A program made the translations under genes and the position numbers. From NCBI RefSeq assembly GCF_009914755.1, contig NC_060925.1: DNA of 64,000 bases. One strand, 5' to 3'. The notes beneath the pieces were generated by a model. The model was not told the DNA's origin. It made no database searches and saw nothing but the letters and a program-made list of their open reading frames with translations. Shown here piece by piece: positions 29,282-64,000 of the stretch; the first letter of the stretch is position 1; each line of letters starts with the position of its first letter. This DNA comes from the human T2T-CHM13v2.0 reference genome, Homo sapiens.

Positions 29282-29333
29282 CTAACTCTCTTTCTCCAAC
29301 CATTCTCTATAGGCTCCAGCGTAGTTGCGAGCC
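29282..29333 (-). CDS. TSTD1: TSTD1 exon 4 coding part
   Basis: Encodes ARNYAGAYREWLEKES, then TAG. Confidence 0.95.
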
Positions 29334-30396
29334 CTGTGGAGACAAAGAAGCGTGAGAGACTGACAGGAATGACAGGCAGTCCCCATCACCTCCCAGCTAG
29401 CAGCCACACCTCCCCGTACCCAGTGTATCCAAGACTCCGGGCCAGCTGCGTGGCCTGGAGGCCCCGCTTGCCCATCTGACAGAAGAAAACGAGATGCTCA
29501 TCTTCCAGCTTTGGCTTCTCAGCAGAATATAAAGCCTGGAAGGCAGCTGGCTCCATCTGCAGAGCACTCTCCAACTCGGACACTGGAGGAGTGGAGAGGG
29601 TAGAAGGGAAAGCCAGCAATTTGGCACTCAGGTTCGGAAGCTGGGCCTGGAAGGGCTGGGTCCTGGGGGCCCCCAAACAACATATGATAACCATCCCCTA
29701 CCCCCACCCCAATTTCAAGGAACAGAAACCGACAACTTTTGAATGCAAGCCACTCCCTAAGCTGTGAGGAGGCGGGGCGGGATGCCCCCTCAGGCGTCCA
29801 GATTTGGGGAGGTCAAGAGAAGCTGGTCTGCCCCTCTCCTCTCCGCCTGCTGTCTTCTCAAACTGGATGGGCCAGTTCCGATGCCAAGATCCGCCCCCCA
29901 TCAGTCCTTCCTACGGAAGCTGAGGGCTGGCTCCCGGGAATGCAGGACCCCCATAATCAGTGCCTTCCCCATTCCATCCTAAATGAGGTCCCATTGGCAA
30001 AGAACCTCCTGAACGGTCTCTATTCCACCACCTGGGCGTCCCCTCTCCACCCTATACCCGGGATGTTGAGCGCCCCTGGGATGGTCCCAGCTGCCGCCTC
30101 CTCGCGAGAGCGCACGTCGAAGAGCCGGGCCCGTCCGGAGGCTAGGAGTGAACGGAGTTCAGGAAGCGAGACCGTGGGCGCTGAGGAAGGGGCGCGACAG
30201 CCTTCAGGAAGAGGGGGCCTAGGAGTCACGGCCGCCATGGCATCCCCTCACGTGGCAGCGCCCCTCCCGGTAGGGTGTGCACGAAGACCCCTCAGCCACG
30301 CCCCTTCGCTCCGCCACCCCACTCCCTGCCACGCCTCAACCCAGAGGACCAAGAGAACCGCGGCCCCAGGAATCCCCCGCAGGTACCTCCAGCCAT
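29282..30396 (-). CDS. TSTD1: TSTD1 (KAT), single-domain rhodanese / thiosulfate sulfurtransferase, 115 aa; join(30387-30396, 30058-30180, 29420-29582, 29282-29333)
   Basis: 10+123+163+52 = 348 nt with all introns GT-AG. Protein MAGAPTVSLPEL...FFCQMGKRG...EWLEKES*, with the catalytic-Cys loop CQMGKR. Confidence 0.97.
29420..29582 (-). CDS. TSTD1: TSTD1 exon 3 (active-site Cys)
   Basis: Encodes SELESALQMEP...FFCQMGKRGLQATQLARSLGYTG; canonical splice sites. Confidence 0.96.
30058..30180 (-). CDS. TSTD1: TSTD1 exon 2
   Basis: CAG acceptor at 30183-30181; encodes PTVSLPELRSLLASGRARLFDVRSREEAAAGTIPGALNIP; GT at 30057. Confidence 0.96.
30387..30396 (-). CDS. TSTD1: TSTD1 coding exon 1 (MAG-)
   Basis: ACCATGG strong Kozak context; GT donor at 30386. 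Confidence 0.93.
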
Positions 30397-30771
30397 GGTG
30401 CGCGTAGCAACCGCGAGTCTCCGGAGTGCGGCCCTGGCCCGCCCTCTCGGCGCCTGCAACATCTCCCGTTCCCTCCCAGAGCTGAGACCGGATCCGGAAG
30501 CAAGGGCACCGCCTCCCGCGCCGCCCCCGCAGCACCTGTTCGCGGCGCCTCTAGCACCAACCCACCGCAGAAGCCCTTAACATTCTCTAGCTTGGGCCAA
30601 AAACGACACACCGGTCTGGCCCAGGAACCAGGACTCCGGGTAATAAATGCAGGAGCAGCACCCCACCCTGAACTTGGCACAGCCCTTACTGGTCGAAGAG
30701 CAATGTGCCCCTCCCTTCCAGCCCGTGGCCCACAAAAGGAAGAAAAACAGACAACTGTGGCTTTGAACAAT

Positions 30772-30774
30772 TTT

Positions 30775-30777
<3 letters not shown>
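30772..30777 (-). terminator. USF1: Probable USF1 non-canonical polyA signal GATAAA
   Basis: I saw no AATAAA or ATTAAA in the 3'UTR. GATAAA is flanked by an upstream U-tract (30780-30824) and a downstream GU/U-rich element. Confidence 0.6.
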
Positions 30778-30809
<32 letters not shown>

Positions 30810-31425
30810 AAGAAAAAAAAAAAACGACCCCCACAAGGGGGAAGGCCCCAAGTGGGCCCCTGCCTGTTGTTCTCTCTGGCTCCAGAGATGTCTGCATAGG
30901 CCTCAGCTTCTCACTGGCCAATCTCCTCTTCATGGGCACCAGCCACTGCTAAACATCCTTCCCTCACTTCTTGTGTAAGCTTGCTCCCCTGAGCCACAGG
31001 TTGCACATCTAAACCTCAGCTCCAGGGAAAGGAAGAACCAATGGAAGTGCCAGAGTCCTGGGGCAAGCCAGAGCATCACCTGTCAGCAAACCTCTGCTGG
31101 GCACTCTAAGCAAGCACAGGACAAGCCCCAGAGTTTAGTGTGTCCAGTATCCAGCATGGAGACAGCACATGCATTGTGCGAGAGGAGCACAAGGGCCCAG
31201 GGGCTGCATGGTGGGGGTGGGCAAGGCTGTCAGTGCACGTCCACATTGTGTGTTTCACACCACTGCAGGCCGCCATATCACAGGGCCTCAGTTCAAGGAC
31301 ACACCTTCTGAACTTCCCCCTGTCCCATGCCAGAAGTGGGGCAGTGAAGGAAAGGGGCACGGGATTAGGCTGTTGCTCCTGGGCTATCTGCAGTTCTTGG
31401 GCCCAAAGCCCCTGAATCCCCATAG

Positions 31426-34782
<3,357 letters not shown>

Positions 34783-35032
34783 CTCTCTGTGAGGGGGCAC
34801 ATCCGAGGAACTGGTCCTTTTTTGGAGGTCTTTGTATCTCCTGATTCACAGGCCTGAGTGCTAAGTCCTGGTAGAAATCATGAAGTTTGCAATGAGTTTA
34901 GGAAACAGAACAGTATCTCTGGTTCTAGAACTTAGGTTCCATGAACACATAGCCAGGAAAATAACCCAGTCATCTGCAGGGGACAATCAGCCTCCACCAT
35001 ACTGATGTTGAGGACTGGCCTACAGTGATTGA

Positions 35033-35749
<717 letters not shown>

Positions 35750-36969
35750 AACAACACATCTCTAAATGGATCATTAAAGCTATTATGACCTGCCATGATG
35801 GCAGCTTCATGGGAATCAGGAAGGGCCATGTATTGGCCCCACCATCAAAAAATACAGTGTCATGGACACTGATGCTTCTTCCAGTTTCTCAGCCACATGT
35901 TGTCCATCAAGACATTTCTGTTTTCAAACCTAGGAAGAGGAAATCTGAAGCCCACTACCACTGGAAGAATATCCCTGACCACAAAGACTAGACTTGGCAT
36001 TTGGGCCCCATTCTACTGACAGGACTCTTGTTTTGGGGTATCCAGATTTATATAATCTGTTAGAAACCCTAAAGCCCAAGTGGATCCTCTTCAAGCATTC
36101 TCTATTTTATTCATCAAGCCTTCCTGCAGAACAACACTGTTGCTAAAATGTTGCTATGACAACTCCAAATCAACTAAGCCTGAGCAAGAAGGGGTAAAAA
36201 AAAAAAAAACAGGGTTCTGAAGAAGAGACAAAGGGGGAAGAATCCACCTACAAGCTCTGCCTTAGGACCCTGACACCCAGCCAGAGGGCAGGAAAAACAA
36301 AGAGCTGGGCAGACATGCCTCCAGAAAGAAACAGCTACACAGTACAAAGCAATAAGATAATCCCAACACAAAAGGGGCAAGATTTTTGGAAATTCTCTAC
36401 CCATAAGGTCCTCCAAACCTTTCCTATCCAAGGAAAATTTTCAATGGATAAGCCTCGGAAAGACCGCGTCCGAGGAAAATGTTGAAAAAGGAACTGAAAG
36501 TGAAACCGTACAGACGAAGTAACGCTGCAAGGAGATCCCAGTCGATAAGGGGAAGTAGCACTAGTGTTTTGGGACCACCTACATTTCCATCTTCAAACCT
36601 GAAGAGGAAATGCCCTGCGAAGCTTGCCGCGCTGACTGCAGGGGAAGGCAATGAAATAGAGGGCCCGGCACAGGAGGCATCTCTATTGGCCACAGCTGTC
36701 AGCCGGGGCAGTCTCTGAGGACACCCAGCAACGGGGTCAGGGTACTTATTCAAATCTTAGTTGGACATCCGGAAGCATTTCCTAGGCATTAGGGATCGGT
36801 GACACGGAAACAGGGATGGGACGTTGTGGTGTGCACGCTCAGGCCAGAAGGGCCCAGTAAGAGCCCTTGCTAAGTCTGGACACAAAGGGAAAAAAAATCA
36901 ACTCCCGAAAGAAGTCAGGCACCTAGACCTTGCCTTAGAATGAGGCGTCTCCCTGCAGGCTCACCAACC

Positions 36970-37860
36970 AGAAGGCGCTTACGGAGCTGAGCGCCCGCCA
37001 GGCGCGAGCCCGGGAGCCTGCGCCGTGACCCCGCAGCCCCGCAGTCTTAGCCCCGCGCCCCAGCTGCTCCGCGGAGGAGGCAGGAAAGGGCCTCGGGGAC
37101 TAGGGAGCTCAAGCGCCCGGTGCCGGCGGCTGCGGCGCGCAGCTGGACAGCGCAGGAGGGCTGGGACGCTCGCGCTCTGGGGAAGGGAGAGAGTTTGGCC
37201 CACAAAGCAGGGTATGAGATAAAGAACCAGCACAGCCCCCTCCCCCAAAACAAAGGCTTCCTCCCCAGCAGTGTTCTCTAACTTGAAAAACGGAAACAAA
37301 ATCAAAGCTGCCCTGCCTTGCCAGTCCACCCAGTTTCCAGACTTCTGCCCGGTCCTACACTCACCGGCCAAGGCCGTCTCAGCTGCCGATTTTCTCCAAC
37401 TGTGTTCTCCCTCTCCCGGCCTAGGTATCTCCATAGACAGCTGCTCATGCGCACTTCCAGCCCGCGGCCATGTTGGTGAGGGGCGGAAGTGTCGCTCTCG
37501 CCCCGCCCATAAACTCAAACTCAGAACTGCCCCACTTCCGCTCACTCCATCTTGATGAGAGTTGGTGTTTGTGGGTTATTTGTGAAGCCGGAAAGAAGCC
37601 GTGTCCTGGAGAATGTAGCTGAAGGCCTGGCCACTTTCGACAAGAACGGGAAAGAGACGACTAACTTGTACTAATATCTTAGTGCTTGGCAGGGCATTTT
37701 TTCATTCCAGGAAAGAAGAGAATCCAGCTGAGATCAAGGGAGGGACGTCCGACGGAGGCGCCATCTTTAACAAGGGCTATTTGGGAGGCCATCTTGGCGC
37801 AGGGCGTCTTTTTGAAAGGTTACCTGCTAGAGATTACGACCTATCGGGGCATGCATAGAA
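36970..37860 (-). promoter_or_regulatory. USF1: USF1 CpG-island promoter with ETS/GABP, GC-box and YY1 motifs
   Basis: GCGGAAGTG at 37483, CACTTCCG at 37533, CCCCGCCC at 37501, YY1-like GCCATCTT at about 37760 and 37788. Confidence 0.78.
37365..37485 (-). other. USF1: USF1 non-coding exon 1 (5' boundary approximate)
   Basis: CCG|GTGAGT donor at 37364 inside a CpG island, just downstream of ETS and GC boxes. Confidence 0.8.
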
Positions 37861-38467
37861 TTGGATATGTTCCTTGTTATTCGCGTCAGCAGTCACTCAT
37901 CCAAAGACCCCAAAGCTTCTAGTGTTCTAAAGGCTCACACCTTCTGTGACAGGAATCTTGATTCCCATTCTTCTCAATCAAGACCTACCCTGAATGGATT
38001 TGGAGTAGTGTGGTATAATGGGAAAAATTCAAGCTTGGGGGCCAGGCAGATCCAGGTTTCAAACCCATCTCTGCCACTTCTTACCTCTGAGACCTTTGGC
38101 AAACATTTTGACTTAATTGAGCCTTAGTTTCCTCATCTATAAACTGGAGATACTAGCACCAACCTTCCAGAATTGTGTGGATTAAATAAAATCAAGGACA
38201 TAGATTTTGTGAGCACAGGATACTTAGTCCAGTTCCTGGCACATAATGAACGCATTATGTAAATATAAGTTTCTCTTCCTTATTTCCTGACCACCATGAA
38301 CCTAGCTCTAGTTTCTGGCCACTAGTCTCCATGACAACAACTGAGGAAGAGCACCCAAACAAGAAGAAGAAAAAGAATGTTTTGCCAAATATGTGAAGAT
38401 ATAATACCTATCACCAAAGACTTTAATAAGAATAATGAGACTCCACACTATGTGTAAAAATACAGCT

Positions 38468-38473
38468 TTTATT
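38468..38473 (-). terminator. ARHGAP30: ARHGAP30 polyadenylation signal AATAAA
   Basis: TTTATT on the + strand, about 750 nt after the stop; a second signal (ATTAAA) at 38422-38427. Confidence 0.8.
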
Positions 38474-39221
38474 CTGAGACATTGACCTTCACTAGAGTGG
38501 GACCTGTGGCCCCAGCCTGGCTGGAGAAGCAGTCCCAGGGCCTGAGTGACACCATTTCCCTTTCCTGAAATAGGAACAAGTTATTCCAAAGGAGAAAGGA
38601 GAGCCCAGAGAGATCTGTACAGGACCTCTCTTGCACATGGTGACTGGAGGCAGAGGGTGGGGAGCTGGAGAGGAGTCCAGTCCCTCCAACAAATATTGAG
38701 GGCTTCAAAGAGCTCTTCCTGGACGTTTCTCTTAATCTGGATTTAAAAGGGACAGGAGGTATCTTAGGGTCCAAGAACATAACAGGAATGGGCAACTCTA
38801 GAAGTGTTTGTGTGTGGAAGGCCCTAACCTGGCCCTGTCCTCCCTGTCTCTACCTTTGGCTTTCATGAAGAGAGATTCACAGCTCAGAGGAAGGGAGGAA
38901 TTTCTCCAGTCTTCACTTTAACAAACTCTTTTAAGTTTTCTGCCTACCTTATGTTCCCTTTGGCCAATGACCCACTCCCTGGGAACAAGATCTTGTTGAC
39001 TTTCTTGGGAATCTCCTAAGAGATAAGTGCTTTGTGTCGGAGACAAGTTCAGGTAAACCAACCAAGGCAGTGCCTCCCACAGTCAAAGAGAGAAGCTGGA
39101 GGGCCAAAGCCTATAGAGTTGGGCACTACAGCTGCTCATGCTGCAGAGGAGACAGCTAGTCAGGAACCCTGGAGATTCAAGACAACTTGCTGGTCCCCTT
39201 TGCCCAGGGCTGTGGTCCTAA

Positions 39222-61115
<21,894 letters not shown>

Positions 61116-61279
61116 GGCCAGAGCCCCAGGGCACTGGCCCGGTCACCTCTATCCCCCAAGACCTGTGCCCTACCAGTCCCCCATGGGATCCCAGCCAGCT
61201 GCTGGGCTTGGCCCGGCCCCAGGGGGGCAGGGCTCCCAATTGGGGGTGGAGGGTGGCCTGGGCAACGGGCAGCAGCTCC

Positions 61280-61600
61280 TGCCCCTGGGGCCCCGGCCAC
61301 ACGGAAGTGGCTGTTGAAGAGGAAGCTACCAGGACCCTGGCAAGAAATTGTGTCCTGTGTCTCGTGGCCCAGCCTGGCACTCGCCCTCCTCGCCCCGCTC
61401 AGCTTTAGGGGGCAGGAAGCAGTGCAGCTCCTTAACCCACTTCCTGTTAGAGCATCTTTGCAACCACAGGGCCTAGGGTGGGGGAGGTAGCTGACATTCA
61501 CATCCTCACCCTTTGCTTGGACTTCATTCATTGGTCAGGGGAGGTGATGTCAGAGCCCTGGGGTGGGGTGATGGCGTCTGTGGTGTGAGCAGGTGACCAA
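61280..61600 (-). promoter_or_regulatory. ARHGAP30: ARHGAP30 promoter/5' leader with ETS (PU.1-like) and RUNX motifs
   Basis: CGGAAGTG at about 61302, GAGGAAG at about 61319, CACTTCCTG at 61438, AACCACA at 61462. Confidence 0.6.
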
Positions 61601-61845
61601 CTCCCTTAGAGACCAGAATTCTTGGGTCCAAGGTAGAGACCTGGGGCTTGCCTGGGAGCAAGTTGACACAGGGCTGTAAAAAGCACACTCACAAGGGAGG
61701 ATGCCTGGGTTCTGCCTCTGATGGATCTAGCACCTCAGTCAAATCGCATTACTTCACTGAGCCTCAGTTTCCAAACCTAGGAAAATGAAGGGAGCAGACT
61801 AGAGGACCTTTAAATCCTCCCACCTCTAAGAGTCTGTAAAACTCA

Positions 61846-62245
<400 letters not shown>

Positions 62246-62489
62246 TTAAAACACTTTGCAAACTAAGGTACTGGCCATCCTCGAAAGGGTTCTTAGCTTC
62301 ACTTTCCTACCAGGGGACTCTCAGAGATGGCCAAAGGCCTTGTGGAGGCCAATTCTTTCCCTTCCCTCCCAGCTACAGGCATCCTAAGTCTTCCCCTACT
62401 TGGGACTACAGGAAGGATGGTACCGAGACAGAGAGTATGTGACTCAGAGCTTACACAGTTCAAGGGGCAAGACAGGAGCCAGACAGAAC

Positions 62490-64000
62490 AAGTTTTGTCT
62501 GTTTATTTAAAAACAGAATATCATTTTATGTACAAATATGCACATATTTACATAAAATGTACATGTTAGGATCTTAGATCTTCAGGCTCCACATTCGAAG
62601 TCCTAGGCTGGCTGGGGAACGAAGGATGGGAGCCTCTCCCTTAGGCCAGAAATCCAGCAGATTTCAGACTAAGAAGAGTTTGGGTACTAAATCTAGGTAT
62701 TCTGGCTGAGTGTATCTGGGTGGGCCAGCTAAAAATAAACCTCATTGAACTCCAGCCCCAACCCAGAGAAACATCCAGAAGAGCCTTGAATTAGTGATCC
62801 AAAACCCAGGGGGAAAGGCGACATTCTCACCCCCAGCACCTCCTTCACCTCACCTCAACTCCTACTCTCTCGGTCTATAATCACTGCTCTCTCTCTCCCC
62901 AACACCACTATTGAACAGGAGCCCTTGTCACCAGGTCCAAGCAATTCCCTAAGGTATCACAAACAATGGTGGATGCAATTTTACCTTACTCAGTAACCAC
63001 GAGGCTCACATCCCTAATTTCAGACTCTACCAGCTCTCAGGTGCCCTCCCAAGGGGCTGCCTGCATGAAGATGCCTTGGAAGTAGCCCCTTTCACAATCA
63101 CAGGAATTAACCCCCTGGTGTTGGAGGGGCCTCACTTTAAGCAATCCCAGTAGTAAACATTGGATAAATCTAAAGGCTTTCTTTAATTTTTTTTTTCTCT
63201 TCGTAAAGGATTCAAAGCAGGCACAGTGGTGTACACTTAAAGTCCCAGCTACTAGGGAGGCTGAGGCAGGAGGATTGCTTGAGCCCAGGAGTTCAAGGCC
63301 AGCCTGAGCAACATAGTGAGACTCCATCTCTAAAAAAAAATAAAAATAAAAATAAATAAAAAATACAACTAATGGAAAGGGCAAGAAAAAAAAAAGAAAA
63401 AAATTAAAAGTGATTCGGAGCAGTATTCCTGCAAGAAGCTCCCGGCGCATGTATATTTACAGAAAATATGTACATGCAGCAGGCCCAGAGGCCACCAGAG
63501 GGCAGAGGGCTTCTGTAACAGTTCAAGCCTCTGGCTGACCCAGGGACTGGCTGCTTCACACTTGCCCCCATGGCTCCGAAGTGGTAGGAGACAGGTTCCC
63601 TCACACCGGAGGCAGATTCCAGCTCCAGCTATGCCCGCACACCTGGGTCTGAGCCACAGTCTCCACCTCTCTCCTCCAACCTCTGCATCATTAATACTGC
63701 TCTGGGGTCTGAGAAAATACCTGCTTTTTCAGGCAGAGGTCACACACAGCCACATGACACACACGCCAAACCCTGACAGTGTTGCCCACGCAACCACTCA
63801 AATCCCGTGGCACATACACCACAGTTCACTTGACTCTGATATGACAGCATAATACACACCACGGACACAGTCACCCCTCCACGGACAGTCACCCCTCCAC
63901 ACACACACAGTCAGTCAACACTCACACAGGCACACATGCACACACACAGTGACCTGCATGCATGGTGGGAGAGACTCAATTGGTGGAGCCCTCCCGATGA
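62490..64000 (-). other. NECTIN4: NECTIN4 (PVRL4) last exon, 3'UTR; the CDS lies beyond the right edge of the window
   Basis: Gene order at 1q23.3, recalled similarity to the NECTIN4 mRNA 3'UTR (TG-rich repeats, FLAM at about 63213-63365), and AATAAA at 62507-62502. Confidence 0.8.
62502..62507 (-). terminator. NECTIN4: NECTIN4 polyadenylation signal AATAAA
   Basis: TTTATT on the + strand, with upstream UGUA motifs and downstream GU-rich sequence. Confidence 0.8.

Larger units (their letters stand above)
30050..30640 (-). promoter_or_regulatory. TSTD1: TSTD1 CpG-island promoter/first exon
   Basis: High CpG density around the ATG at 30396; ETS-like CCGGAAG at about 30495. Confidence 0.75.

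Noticed and set aside
29739-30978. 222-aa and 233-aa + strand ORFs antisense to TSTD1 and the USF1 3'UTR
   Set aside because: GC-rich stop-poor shadow frames with non-ATG starts; the poly-Lys comes from the A-tract; no recognisable domain.
36979-37545. 188-aa ORF over USF1 exon 1
   Set aside because: It has a non-ATG start upstream of the likely TSS and runs through the exon 1 donor into the intron. Only the spliced uORF portion is retained as a finding.
63037-63450. 137-aa ATG ORF with a TM-like Phe-rich stretch in the NECTIN4 3'UTR
   Set aside because: The hydrophobic segment is a translated U-tract/Alu tail followed by an antisense FLAM frame, and it lies downstream of the main CDS.

Overview
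This is human genomic DNA that I recognise as the chr1q23.3 F11R-TSTD1-USF1-ARHGAP30-NECTIN4 interval. It is very Alu-rich, and all five genes lie head-to-tail on the minus strand. The window holds F11R (JAM-A) exon 1, its promoter and part of intron 1. It also holds complete TSTD1 (4 coding exons, 115 aa), complete USF1 (10 coding exons, 310 aa), complete ARHGAP30 (12 exons, 1101 aa) and the distal 3'UTR of NECTIN4. I checked the exon chains by hand for GT-AG sites and frame. Mobile elements include a full-length HERV-K(HML-2) LTR5 solo LTR, an old SVA nested in MER30, THE1B and MER11 solo LTRs, a MER96-like element, L1 fragments, about 70 Alus and a GLRX5 processed pseudogene. Most ORFs in the supplied track are Alu or GC-rich shadow frames. 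I see no evidence for a wholly new gene system. The best leads are regulatory: (i) a chained uORF cassette in the USF1 leader, with a TISU-like start and two AUGA start/stop overlaps; (ii) two hairpins in the NECTIN4 3'UTR, each holding a pair of Pumilio elements; (iii) frame-compatible read-through along the gene convoy; (iv) homologous LTR5 and SVA elements bracketing the F11R promoter.
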